From Myxococcales bacterium (lineage in GTDB: Bacteria > Myxococcota > UBA727 > GCA-2721815), in the NCBI GenBank assembly GCA_002721815.1, contig PBLQ01000043.1, positions 2,571 to 66,570 of the forward strand: a DNA stretch of 64,000 nt, written 5' to 3'. Shown in pieces: positions 1-9,273 of this stretch. The position numbers were made by a program, and so were the translations under genes. How positions within the stretch are numbered: position 1 is the stretch's first letter; the number at the start of each line of letters is the position of its first letter. The notes under the pieces are model-generated. The model was not told the DNA's origin, did not search any database, and saw nothing but the letters and a program-made list of their open reading frames with translations.

Positions 1-2135
1 CCCCGGCCATTCAAACAGCCGCGGCCAACTGGCAGTGTGCTGGCGATGTGGGTAACCGACTGCAGCGCACGTATGTTTTCAAGCTGAGAGACATCGCAGA
101 TCTGGCATTGGTAGATACGTCTTACCAAACCATCGCAGACCTACGTGCCGCGATGATGGCGTCAAGCTATTATCCCTCCGTTAATATCGGTTCCACCTTT
201 GAAGAAATTTACGATTCGTTGCTAGAAGCCAATGCTGCAGCGAACATTGGCTCCACGATTATTTACTCCATTTCAGGGCAAGTGGCGCAAGACTGTGTAG
301 ACATTGAATACGGCGACTTTCAATGCCCGATGCCGCAAGCTTGCTGCGTGGATGGCGCCTGCTTAGAGATGAACGCCACCGAATGCGAAAGAATGGGTGG
401 GCAGATCGTCGGAGACGATTGTGATGACCCAGACATTGACTGCGAAGGCGAAGATCCTGGCGCATGTTGCGTGGAAGGGGCCTGTGTTCAAGTGGGCATT
501 GAGATTTGCGAAGAGCGTTACCAGGGCATCTTCTACTCCGATACGGATCAATGTATTGAAGAATGTCGGGTAGATATCGGCGGGTGCTGTCTGCCCAACG
601 GCGATTGCATCGACATGGAAGAGTATAAGTGCCTCACCTCCAGCGGTGTTTGGTTAGGCGCCGGAGAAAGTTGCGAAGATGTAGATGCCGGCCCTGCGGC
701 AGGCGGAAACATTATTTCCACCGGGTGGAACAACTACCTCATCGGTAACCTCGACACTGGCTACAACCCACCGGTGTTGTACCCACTGGGTTCGGTGGTG
801 ACCTCTACCAGCGATTACCTGCAGTGGATCTCGGTGAACGAGCCCAGCACGAATTTCAGAACCTACTATTATCAAAGTACCTCGACGGCGATCCAAACTG
901 CAGCGGCCAACTGGCACTGTGCTGGAGATCAAGGAAACAAATTGACAAAAACCTATATGGTCAAAATCTTTGATGTGCTTGATACCGCTTTGGCGGGAAC
1001 CACCTACTACAATTTTACGGATTTGCGAGATGCCCTCATGGGGTCTGCGTCCTACAACAGCACCATCACCGCAGCCTCTGACTGGACCCAGGTGCACGAG
1101 ACACTTATGGCAGTGGGTGTAGATCCCGACTCGATGAATGCCAGCCCCTACGGCATTTACGGCCAAAACGCCCATGACTGTTTCACGGTCGAAGACACCG
1201 GCTTTCAGTGTCCGATCCCTGAAGCCTGCTGTGTGGATGGCGCCTGTTTCGATTTGACCGCCGAAGAATGTGAAGAACGCGGCGGCCAAATTGTCGGAGA
1301 TGATTGTGACGATACCACATTGATTTGCGAACCTGTCGATGAAGGTGCGTGTTGTTATCAAGGCAGCTGCGTGGCCGCGACACCTTCGCAATGTGAAGAT
1401 CCGATGCAGGGCGTCTATTACACCGACAGTGCTCAGTGTTTGGCCGACTGTGTTGTGCCAACTGGCGTTTGTTGTTTGCCCAATGGAACCTGTAACCCCA
1501 ACTGGGACGAATACCATTGTGAGTTGGCAGGCGGCTCCTGGTTGGCGGACGAAACCTGTGATGCAAATGATGCCGGTTTGTCCCAGTGCCCCCAACCAGA
1601 CACGATCGCCTGTTGTATCGACGGTACGTGCTTTGAAATGACGGTTGAAGAGTGCGAAGAACGCGGTGGTCGAAACGTGGGTGATGATTGTGACGATCCA
1701 GATATTGTCTGTGGAACCCCTGTGGGTGCGTGCTGTACTGAAGACGGTCAATGTCTCGAAATTGACGAGGATAAATGCAAACACATCTTGGGCACCTATC
1801 AAGGTGACGGCACGGAATGCGATGATGTGACGTGTACGCCGTATGATGCAGGCCCCTGTGGCGATCCGGATCCAGTGGTTGTTGACGAACCACGGGGGGC
1901 TTGTTGCAAAGGGGAGAACTGTGAAGAGCTCACTGCGGTAGAATGTGCCGAAAGCAATGGCCTGTGGGGTGGTGCGAACTCAACGTGTGATGAAGAGGAT
2001 ATCTGCGGACGGGTGACCACCTCGAGTTCCGATGACTCCAGTGGTGGCCTCAGTTGCCAATCCAGCGGTACCGGGGCTTTGCCTTTGTGGGGCATGATCT
2101 TCCTCTTGGGGGCATTCCGCCGACGCAGAAGGTAA
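1..2135 (+). CDS. Cys-rich repeat surface protein, 5' end cut by window edge; MYXO-CTERM-like C-terminal sorting tail
   Basis: Frame 3 is open from nt 3 (PAIQTAAANWQCAGD...). The same segment recurs about 285 aa later (AIQTAAANWHCAGD...), so the listed GTG at 48 is internal. Nine copies of a ~38-aa CC-x2-G-x-C-x7-8-C-x3-G...C module. Ends GGLSCQSSGTGALPLWGMIFLLGAFRRRRR* (Cys, Ser/Gly, TM helix, Arg cluster). Confidence 0.8.
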   Translation, partial: PAIQTAAANWQCAGDVGNRLQRTYVFKLRDIADLALVDTSYQTIADLRAAMMASSYYPSVNIGSTFEEIYDSLLEANAAANIGSTIIYSISGQVAQDCVDIEYGDFQCPMPQACCVDGACLEMNATECERMGGQIVGDDCDDPDIDCEGEDPGACCVEGACVQVGIEICEERYQGIFYSDTDQCIEECRVDIGGCCLPNGDCIDMEEYKCLTSSGVWLGAGESCEDVDAGPAAGGNIISTGWNNYLIGNLDTGYNPPVLYPLGSVVTSTSDYLQWISVNEPSTNFRTYYYQSTSTAIQTAAANWHCAGDQGNKLTKTYMVKIFDVLDTALAGTTYYNFTDLRDALMGSASYNSTITAASDWTQVHETLMAVGVDPDSMNASPYGIYGQNAHDCFTVEDTGFQCPIPEACCVDGACFDLTAEECEERGGQIVGDDCDDTTLICEPVDEGACCYQGSCVAATPSQCEDPMQGVYYTDSAQCLADCVVPTGVCCLPNGTCNPNWDEYHCELAGGSWLADETCDANDAGLSQCPQPDTIACCIDGTCFEMTVEECEERGGRNVGDDCDDPDIVCGTPVGACCTEDGQCLEIDEDKCKHILGTYQGDGTECDDVTCTPYDAGPCGDPDPVVVDEPRGACCKGENCEELTAVECAESNGLWGGANSTCDEEDICGRVTTSSSDDSSGGLSCQSSGTGALPLWGMIFLLGAFRRRRR

Positions 2136-2158
2136 AACCCTAAAATAAAAGCCAAAAA

Positions 2159-2196
2159 GCGTCTTCAGCCCCATCAGGCTCGAAGGCGCTTTTTTT
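2159..2196 (+). terminator. Rho-independent terminator after the Cys-rich protein gene
   Basis: GCGTCTTCAGCC / GGCTCGAAGGCGC forms a ~12-bp stem (one bulge, one G-U) with loop CCATCA, followed by T7. It lies 24 nt after the stop codon. Confidence 0.7.
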
Positions 2197-2269
2197 GTTT
2201 TGGCCCGGTGCTTTGGGCTTCAAACTGTGTTAGGAGCCAGAAAACAGCTTTGGTTGCAGAGGTTTTCAC

Positions 2270-3064
2270 ATGAAACAGTACTTGGATTTGATGCGCCACA
2301 TTATGGCCCACGGCACCCCAAAAGAAGATCGAACGGGCACGGGCACCTTGAGTCTTTTTGGCCACCAAATGCGCTTTAATTTAAAAGAAGGTTTCCCTGC
2401 GGTCACCACGAAGAAGCTGCATTTCCGCTCCATCATTCACGAACTGTTGTGGTTTCTGAAGGGGGACACCAACATCAAATACCTCAAAGACAACGGCGTG
2501 AGTATTTGGGACGAATGGGCCGATGAAAATGGTGATTTGGGTCCGGTATATGGCTACCAATGGCGTTCATGGCCCACGCCCGATGGCAAACATATCGATC
2601 AAATTGCGAAATTGGTGGACAGCCTGAAAAACAATCCTGATTCTCGACGACATATCGTGAGTGCGTGGAACGTTTCTCACGTGGATCAGATGAAACTACC
2701 GCCCTGTCATTCGTTGTTCCAGTTTTACGTGGCGAACAACCAGCTGTCTTGTCAGTTGTATCAGCGTTCGGCAGATCTGTTTTTGGGGGTTCCCTTTAAC
2801 ATTACTTCTTATGCCATCTTAACGCACATGCTGGCGCAGGTGTGTGGCTATGAAGTGGGCGATTTTGTTCACACCTTTGGTGACGTGCACATTTACACCA
2901 ACCACATCGAGCAATGCAAAACGCAATTGGGACGAGAACCGAAACCGCTTTCGAAGCTGGTGTTAAACCCTGAGATCAAAAACTTAGAAGACTTCACTTA
3001 CGATGACATTAAGATCGTGGACTACGATTGCCATCCGGGCATCAAGGCCCCCGTCGCGGTATAG
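2270..3064 (+). CDS. thyA: Thymidylate synthase ThyA
   Basis: 264 aa. [26 protein letters not shown] start and catalytic [12 protein letters not shown] motif. GAGG RBS upstream. Confidence 0.97.
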   Translation: MKQYLDLMRHIMAHGTPKEDRTGTGTLSLFGHQMRFNLKEGFPAVTTKKLHFRSIIHELLWFLKGDTNIKYLKDNGVSIWDEWADENGDLGPVYGYQWRSWPTPDGKHIDQIAKLVDSLKNNPDSRRHIVSAWNVSHVDQMKLPPCHSLFQFYVANNQLSCQLYQRSADLFLGVPFNITSYAILTHMLAQVCGYEVGDFVHTFGDVHIYTNHIEQCKTQLGREPKPLSKLVLNPEIKNLEDFTYDDIKIVDYDCHPGIKAPVAV

Positions 3065-3066
3065 AC

Positions 3067-3621
3067 ATGGCAGTGGTTTCCTTTATTGTGGCGGTGGCTG
3101 AGAATGGCGTCATCGGAAAAAATGGTGATCTGCCTTGGCATTTGCCAGCGGATTTAAAGCGCTTTAAAAAGCGAACCATGGGTCAGCCCATCGTCATGGG
3201 CCGAAAAACCCATGAGAGTATCGGCCGGCCTTTGCCGGGCCGTCCCAATTGGGTTTTGACGCGTTACCCAGATAAAATACATCCAGACTGTCAGGTTTTC
3301 CCCAGTATGGAGGCCCTGCAACAAGCATTGGACGAGGCGCCTGAAGTCATGGTGATCGGTGGTGCAGAATTGTACAAGGCGTTGTTGCCCATGGCGAATT
3401 ATTTGTACCTCACCGTCGTGCATGCCGCCCCCCAAGGAGATGCTTTTTTTCCAGGGCTTCACCCTTCGGGTTGGACGGTGATCGAGAAAAATGATTTCCC
3501 ATCGGACGACAAAAACGAATTCGCACAAACCGAACTTGTACTGAAACGCAATGAAGGGACCGAGGCCACCATCTCTCATTTTCAAATCCCATCAGAATGG
3601 CTGACGAACCATGAGAGTTAA
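3067..3621 (+). CDS. folA: Dihydrofolate reductase
   Basis: ATG at 3067, 2 nt after the thyA stop. VAENGVIGKNGDLPWHLPADLKRFKKRTMGQPIVMGRKTHESIG is a classic DHFR N-terminus. The upstream part of ORF 3028.. overlaps thyA and was not used. Confidence 0.93.
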   Translation: MAVVSFIVAVAENGVIGKNGDLPWHLPADLKRFKKRTMGQPIVMGRKTHESIGRPLPGRPNWVLTRYPDKIHPDCQVFPSMEALQQALDEAPEVMVIGGAELYKALLPMANYLYLTVVHAAPQGDAFFPGLHPSGWTVIEKNDFPSDDKNEFAQTELVLKRNEGTEATISHFQIPSEWLTNHES

Positions 3622-4342
3622 AGACCTTTGGGTGCCCGTGGCCGCCTTTCTGACCTTTGTGTTGATCAAAACGCTGTCGTGGACTTGGCGCGTGCGATTT
3701 GTTCCCGAGAATGCCTTAGAGCGCGCCCGAAGCTATAATGAAGGCACCTACCTTTTGGCCTGTTGGCATGAAAACAATTTAGCCGCGATGTTCTGTCATT
3801 TAGACGTAAAGGGCGCGACTTTGGCCTCAAGAAGAAACGCGGGCCAAATCTTATCTTTGACCATCAAGCGGTTTGGATGGGACACCATTCGAGGCTCACG
3901 CAAACGTGGCGGTAAAGAGGCCCGCGAGGCGATGGTCAACTATCTCCAACAGAACAACTTGCCGGTTGCCATCACGGTGGATGGGGCGAGTGGCCCCCGT
4001 CGCAGAACCAAGCCCGGTATTTTGAACATTGCCGTCCGAACTGGGGTGCCCATCGTTCCCGCGGTTGGGCTCGCCAGCCGATATTGGGTCATCAAAAGTT
4101 CTTGGGACCAAATGCGTGTGCCCAAACCGTTCGCCAGACTCACCTGCGCCTACGGAGAGCCGCTTTACCCGCCGACCGATCTGAAAGGTGAAGCTTTTGA
4201 TGCCTATTTGGTTAAAATTAATAAAGAATTGAACGCCATCGAAGCACGCTTGGCCGAGCAAATTGGGCACACCCTGCCGCCCATTTCTCAGGCGCTGTTG
4301 GAGGCCTCCGAATCCGAGGCGCCTCCGCCACAAACAACCTAA
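3611..4342 (+). CDS. DUF374 / lysophospholipid acyltransferase-superfamily protein
   Basis: 243 aa with an N-terminal TM helix. ACWHENNL and ITVDGASGPRRRTKPG motifs are typical of DUF374. Overlaps the folA end by 11 nt (operon thyA-folA-DUF374). Confidence 0.75.
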   Translation: MRVKDLWVPVAAFLTFVLIKTLSWTWRVRFVPENALERARSYNEGTYLLACWHENNLAAMFCHLDVKGATLASRRNAGQILSLTIKRFGWDTIRGSRKRGGKEAREAMVNYLQQNNLPVAITVDGASGPRRRTKPGILNIAVRTGVPIVPAVGLASRYWVIKSSWDQMRVPKPFARLTCAYGEPLYPPTDLKGEAFDAYLVKINKELNAIEARLAEQIGHTLPPISQALLEASESEAPPPQTT

Positions 4343-4376
4343 ATAAAAGACCTTTTTGGCTCTCCTTTGGTGGCTT

Positions 4377-4391
4377 TGGCAGTGGATCTGC
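4377..4391 (+). promoter_or_regulatory. Possible sigma54 (-24/-12) promoter upstream of ORF 4485
   Basis: TGGCAG-TGGAT-CTGC has GG and GC spaced exactly as in the TGGCAC-N5-TTGC consensus. It lies 94 nt upstream of the ATG. There are two mismatches to consensus. Confidence 0.3.
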
Positions 4392-4484
4392 CTTTGAAAA
4401 GGGGATAGCCTTGGCTGAGAAGGTTCGTTCCAAAATGATCCTTGGGAGCGCCCCAGAAAATCATTGTCAGAGAGCACGTAGTTT

Positions 4485-6056
4485 ATGAGTGAGACCACCC
4501 AGGCACAAAAATCCAAGTCGCCCATCATTTTTTTGATGGGAACCTTGATTGTGGTTCAGGCCATCGCCTTGGGTTTTTCGTTGATGCCCTCACCCATGTC
4601 GGAAATCCCAGCCGCCGTTGCAGAAGAAGAAGAGTCGCACTTTAAACCGCGCCCTCAACCGGTGGAAACACCCAAGCCTCTGGACGCAGGTCCCAAGCCC
4701 GAAAGTCCAGCCTCCGTTGAGTTTATTTTGACCGATGCGCCGGTGATGGAACCAGTTCGCATTAAATTGCGGGTGCACGATTACCAATTCTATCGTCCCG
4801 ACGATCGCTACCGTGTGGTGCGGCCTGCGCCCAAAAAGCTGCAACGCTTTCCGGTGAAACGTTTTGGCCAATTTGGTTTTGGACTCATTTTAGAAGGGGA
4901 CAACACAGGTTCAGAATTACTCAATGAGCCCGTGTTGTCGGGTCATTTTATTTTTCACACCGCCTCCGGTCCCTTGGATTGCCCGGTGGAGCCGGTCGCC
5001 AGCCATTTGTCTTTAGATACCAGTCATTCTCGATATCTGTGGGTGGATGAATCTCGCAATGCGGCCGAAAGGGTTTGGCGTCCTGGTGAAACCATTCGGT
5101 GGGTGTTGTACGAAGAATGTTTTGAAACCTTTGCTTTCGAAAAAGGCATCGAGAAAGTGGCGCTTCATTTGAAAGTAGAAATGAAGGTGGGACCACAAGA
5201 TGGGAAGAAAGTGACGAGTTCACCCATCGAAATTAATCTCCCTGGCGGTGTTTTATCTGCTCAGCCCATTCAAAGAGATGATGGGGTGTTGGCGTTTTTG
5301 AGCGGTCAAAGTCTGATCGAATTACACGGGCAACACCACAAAAAGACCACCTTGTTCCAACAACAAAAAATGGCCACGGATTTCACGTTCAAGCCTTTGC
5401 TCAAGACCACGTTGCCCTTGCGTGTGGATGTTGCTGAGGGCTTCAAAGTGGATGTAGATGTGCAGCGTTTGTTGTCATGGCACGAACATCCTCGTGCACG
5501 AAAAGGCATGCGTGTGGTGGAACTGAAAGCCAAACTCAACCTGAACACCGATGCTGAAACTCAAAAAGCCGAAGATGAGATTGCCGCTGCAGAGGCGCAA
5601 ACCAAATCTCTTTACGACGAAATGGTTGCGGCAGACACCCAGTACACCCTGCTTCGGGATCAGGCGTCGCAAGATCGTACGTTGTGGCCTGAAGTGAATG
5701 AAGCCAAGCGAACCTATCAGAAAAAACGATGGTCTTACCGGCGTATGGCCACCGAGGCACAACGCGTCCGTATGAGAAAGAAACGTGAAATGGAGCGCTT
5801 ACGCATGAAGCGCGCGCGACAAGTGCCCTGCGATAAATTTCGTTTGGCCACAGATCGCGGTTGGGTCAAACCCATGGATGCACTCGATGTGAAGAAGCGG
5901 TGCCAATTTTTACGCGTCGAAGATGAGGTAGAGGTCATGCTCACTTATCGCATCAATCGTTACGAGGTGCCCATTGCGTTGGGCTACCAAGTGGGGTCCG
6001 AAAACCGGCTCCACCCGCTGGCCAGCCAACGCTGGTTGTCCTTCGATCCCCGATAA
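4485..6056 (+). CDS. Hypothetical membrane-anchored protein with Arg/Lys-rich coiled-coil C-terminal part
   Basis: 523 aa. N-terminal TM helix (IIFLMGTLIVVQAIALGFSLM), Pro-rich linker, no family recognised. Long clean ORF with only short antisense ORFs. Confidence 0.7.
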   Translation: MSETTQAQKSKSPIIFLMGTLIVVQAIALGFSLMPSPMSEIPAAVAEEEESHFKPRPQPVETPKPLDAGPKPESPASVEFILTDAPVMEPVRIKLRVHDYQFYRPDDRYRVVRPAPKKLQRFPVKRFGQFGFGLILEGDNTGSELLNEPVLSGHFIFHTASGPLDCPVEPVASHLSLDTSHSRYLWVDESRNAAERVWRPGETIRWVLYEECFETFAFEKGIEKVALHLKVEMKVGPQDGKKVTSSPIEINLPGGVLSAQPIQRDDGVLAFLSGQSLIELHGQHHKKTTLFQQQKMATDFTFKPLLKTTLPLRVDVAEGFKVDVDVQRLLSWHEHPRARKGMRVVELKAKLNLNTDAETQKAEDEIAAAEAQTKSLYDEMVAADTQYTLLRDQASQDRTLWPEVNEAKRTYQKKRWSYRRMATEAQRVRMRKKREMERLRMKRARQVPCDKFRLATDRGWVKPMDALDVKKRCQFLRVEDEVEVMLTYRINRYEVPIALGYQVGSENRLHPLASQRWLSFDPR

Positions 6057-6161
6057 AACCAGCCAAAACCCCCTATAAAAGGTGTCAAAACCCACTAAAA
6101 GTGCAAAAAATTTGGAATCTACGGGATCAATGTAGGATGATGGCGCCTAATTGGACCACAT

Positions 6162-7820
6162 GTGTCCACATGGGGCCTGGCATTTGTATCAATGACCGAA
6201 AGGCAAGCCGAGATGCTCAACGGTAGGGCAGAAGAAAGACGTGCGTTTGTTGCGGAAGTGGATGTGCTTCACGCAGGCCGTCCTGCACCCAAAAGGCTCT
6301 GGGGGAAAAACCTCAGCGAAAAAGGCATGTTTTTGCAGGTCGGTCACGGTTTTCGTGTTGGCCAAAGGCTCTCTTTGCGTTTTGATCTCAATGGGACTGA
6401 GGTTCACATCCCTTCTGCAGAGGTGGTTTGGGTCCGCAGCCAAAAAGAAGGGGTGCTCGAAGCTGGAGCGGGTTTACGATTTGAAGACATCAAACCTGCT
6501 GATCGTGAAAAAATGCGAACGTACATTTTAGAAACCGATGTGGACAGTGGTTTGCCCGGGGCCCTGAAAGAAAGTGTCAAGCCCGTTAGTGTTTCTGACA
6601 TCACGGAGGTACCCCAAACCCGTGCGGGCTTTGCGGCTTCATTGTTACCACTCAAGAGCCCGAGGCCAGTGACCATGCGGCCGAGTCACCGTTCTGTGGT
6701 GCCCAATCTCACCCATGCCGTGACTCTGTTGCGCAAAGGGCCCGTACTTTCCACCCCGCCTGTACATCCTTCCATGCATTCTTTTCTCGAGCCCAGAGAA
6801 AGCGAGCTGCGCAACGCCAAAGCAGTTACAACGCCACAGACGGATGTACCAGAGAACAACACCCTGGTGAATAGCGATCAGCTTTTCTCGGACGAATCAC
6901 CCAGTTTGTACGAGCAAGAAACGGCTATTTTAAACAATGGCGTAACGCCGATGGGGTCTTTGGCCTTTGAGGATCAACCACCAGGCTTACGGGCTTTGGA
7001 TGGTCAAGAACACCCCACAAAGAACGAGTCACGTTCTCGCAAAGAACCCGAAGAGCCCGCCTTCTTACATTACGCCAAAGACATAAAAAAAGAGCAACGT
7101 TTCGAAGCGGGCGATTTATCTGCAGTGGATTTACCAAACGCCTCGCCGCGACAGGCCATTTATCGACGGAAAAAGAAAACGTCGCCTTTGATTTCCACCT
7201 TCTTTTTTGTGGTGATGGCGGGTGTGGGTTTCTTTTTGTTGTGGCGGCCTTCCCCCCCTACTGCTTACGAGTTTGACGTCCCGTCCGAAAAGGGTACGCA
7301 AGCAAGGTTGGTCCTCAGTGAGGACGGCGTGGTGACTCAGGATACCCCGGCGGAAAAAAAGACCAGTCCCAAGACAGCACCCGTGGTTGTTCCATCGCCC
7401 ACTGCGTCTACGCCAAAGAAGGTGAAAACCAAAACCGAACAACCGGCGCCCAAAGCGCAAGACAATAATACGGATTTAGCACAGGCTGCCCCGGTCGAGA
7501 TTGAAAAGGTGAGTGGAAAAAAGATCTACACGCCCCAATTGGTCACGGAGTACGGAAGGTTGCACCTCGGCATCACTGGTGGAAAAGTGGTGCGGTCTTT
7601 CGGATTGATTCGCCCCGCCAGAGTGGTGGTGGATCTCGAAGGTGCCAAACACCCGGGCAACATTACGTTTAAGGTGGAAAAGCATGGCATCAAAAAAGTT
7701 CGGATTGGACGGCCCGATGGCCGCTTGGTTCGGGTGGTCATCATCACCGAAGGCGAACGAAGGCCTCAGGCCATTTCCAGCGTGAAGCGAAAATCAAAGC
7801 TGTCGGTGGCTTGGCAATAA
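6162..7820 (+). CDS. PilZ domain - TM helix - AMIN domain protein
   Basis: RAEER (RxxxR) and NLSEKG (D/N-x-S-x-x-G) c-di-GMP motifs at aa 22-55. Disordered linker, then TM helix LISTFFFVVMAGVGFFLLW. C-terminal AMIN-like segment (RPARVVVDLEGA...VRIGRPDGRLVRVVII). The start may be the ATG at 6192. Confidence 0.8.
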   Translation: MSTWGLAFVSMTERQAEMLNGRAEERRAFVAEVDVLHAGRPAPKRLWGKNLSEKGMFLQVGHGFRVGQRLSLRFDLNGTEVHIPSAEVVWVRSQKEGVLEAGAGLRFEDIKPADREKMRTYILETDVDSGLPGALKESVKPVSVSDITEVPQTRAGFAASLLPLKSPRPVTMRPSHRSVVPNLTHAVTLLRKGPVLSTPPVHPSMHSFLEPRESELRNAKAVTTPQTDVPENNTLVNSDQLFSDESPSLYEQETAILNNGVTPMGSLAFEDQPPGLRALDGQEHPTKNESRSRKEPEEPAFLHYAKDIKKEQRFEAGDLSAVDLPNASPRQAIYRRKKKTSPLISTFFFVVMAGVGFFLLWRPSPPTAYEFDVPSEKGTQARLVLSEDGVVTQDTPAEKKTSPKTAPVVVPSPTASTPKKVKTKTEQPAPKAQDNNTDLAQAAPVEIEKVSGKKIYTPQLVTEYGRLHLGITGGKVVRSFGLIRPARVVVDLEGAKHPGNITFKVEKHGIKKVRIGRPDGRLVRVVIITEGERRPQAISSVKRKSKLSVAWQ

Positions 7821-7823
7821 AAA

Positions 7824-7841
7824 GCGGTGGGCTGCCACCGC
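7824..7841. terminator. Hairpin between convergent genes (possible bidirectional terminator)
   Basis: GCGGTGG-GCTG-CCACCGC is a perfect 7-bp stem with a 4-nt loop, in the 38-nt gap between the stops at 7820 (+) and 7859 (-). AAA precedes it; there is no long T-run after it. Confidence 0.45.
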
Positions 7842-7858
7842 CCACATCATCGCATTAA

Positions 7859-8593
7859 TTAAAGCAGGGATGGTTGCCGGGAGTGACCGGTGAGAATGTG
7901 ACGTGTGCCTTGCGGCTGGTGAGCAGTGCTTTGAATGGCGTTAAAAACAGTTTCAAAGTGTGCGCGTTCTCTGGGAAAGTTCAAATCTTCGGTGTCTACG
8001 ATGAGCACGGGACACTCTGTGAGTTGGCCGAAGAAACGATCGTAGGCCTCCATGAGATCTTTGAGGTAGCCCGGGTCGATGTTTTTCTCAAAGGAGCGAC
8101 CGCGTTGCTGAATGCGCTCCAAAATCACATCCAGTGGTGCCCTTAAATAGACCACGAGTTCTGGCGTGCGCACCTGCGACTGAAGGGCTTGAAAGACTTG
8201 GTCGTACAAGGCCAGCTCGGAGCCCGATAAGGTAAGTTCGGCAAAGATTCGGTCTTTGGCGAACAAGTAATCTGCCACCACCCGTTGCTGAAACAGGTCG
8301 GGTTGGTTCAGCTGTTCTTGTTGTTTGAAGCGGGAGAGTAAGAAGAACATTTGCGTTTTAAAGGCATGAGCTTTTGAGTCTTCGTAAAATTCCGGCAGGA
8401 ATGGATTTTCTTCCACCACTTCTAAGATGGTTTTTGCGTCTACCGCATCGGACCACAGTGCTGCGAGGGTGGTTTTGCCAACGCCGATACATCCCTCCAA
8501 AACCACGTAACCAGGGTGATGGGAGGCCTGGTTGGCTGGGGTGGCTTTGTCGGTTTGTCCGTTGCTGTTGGTGTCCGCCGTAACTTGATCCAT
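7859..8593 (-). CDS. Deoxynucleoside kinase
   Basis: P-loop GCIGVGKTT, ENPFLPEFY, DRIFAE, and lid QQRGRSFE. Start taken at the internal ATG 8593 (MDQVTAD...); the ORF extends to 8650. Confidence 0.85.
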   Translation of the reverse strand: MDQVTADTNSNGQTDKATPANQASHHPGYVVLEGCIGVGKTTLAALWSDAVDAKTILEVVEENPFLPEFYEDSKAHAFKTQMFFLLSRFKQQEQLNQPDLFQQRVVADYLFAKDRIFAELTLSGSELALYDQVFQALQSQVRTPELVVYLRAPLDVILERIQQRGRSFEKNIDPGYLKDLMEAYDRFFGQLTECPVLIVDTEDLNFPRERAHFETVFNAIQSTAHQPQGTRHILTGHSRQPSLL

Positions 8594-8676
8594 GGTGATC
8601 CATCTCCTCATCGACCCACCTACTTTGCAGCCACGGCGACCATCTGTCAAAGCGTGCGTTGAGGTTTTTTACGATC

Positions 8677-9273
8677 TCACCGCCGGGTGGGTGGCAGCCA
8701 TTTTTGTTTTTTTGGGGTGGGCTTTGAAGGCAGCAAGGCGGGGGTGCCGGTGTTCGGCGCCCGAGCCGGCGCGGGTGCAACTTTAGGAATCAATGCCCCG
8801 CAAAAATCCATCAATGCCGCTCGAACCAGGGGCTGCAAGTCGTGAAAGGTGCTGGCGTACAAGCGCTTTTTTTCTTTGGGTTTTTGTCCTTTGCCGGGTT
8901 GGGTCTGACAACTCAAATCCACCCAATGCCCTTTTTTGTTTTTGCCAAAACGGGCTTTGACCCAAACTTGCGCCTCTTTCACAAAAGCTTCGAGCCGTTG
9001 AATATCAGCGGCTTGGGTGGGGTGGATTTCGGTGTTGCCCAGCCGGCGGGCCAGGTCTTTTTTGGATTTGAGCAAGCCTTCGTACGCCACATTATCGTGG
9101 CCCACGCGCTTGGCCAGGGCGTTGGAGACCCAATTGGCCAAGGCTTGGGCGTCCGAAATCCGAAACCCCACGTTGCCCATGTCTTCGAGCACCACTTTCG
9201 TGGGACTTTGCGACCATGATATTGAAGTGCTTATTAAAGTAAATGTTACGATGACCAGATGGGGAATGCGCAT
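8677..9273 (-). CDS. Hypothetical secreted protein
   Basis: Start taken at ATG 9273 (MRIPHLVIVTFTLISTSISWSQS, signal-peptide-like). The longer ORF to 9459 would overlap the divergent MoxR gene. Basic Pro/Lys-rich tail. Confidence 0.6.
   Translation of the reverse strand: MRIPHLVIVTFTLISTSISWSQSPTKVVLEDMGNVGFRISDAQALANWVSNALAKRVGHDNVAYEGLLKSKKDLARRLGNTEIHPTQAADIQRLEAFVKEAQVWVKARFGKNKKGHWVDLSCQTQPGKGQKPKEKKRLYASTFHDLQPLVRAALMDFCGALIPKVAPAPARAPNTGTPALLPSKPTPKKQKWLPPTRR

Noticed and set aside
654-1802. Long antisense ORFs (382 aa and 236 aa, minus strand) inside the Cys-rich repeat gene.
   Set aside because: They lie fully opposite a plus-strand ORF with clear repeat architecture, a sorting signal and a terminator. 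Their translations are low-complexity (Arg/His/Gly/Val-rich) with no motifs. This is typical of stop-codon-poor antisense frames.
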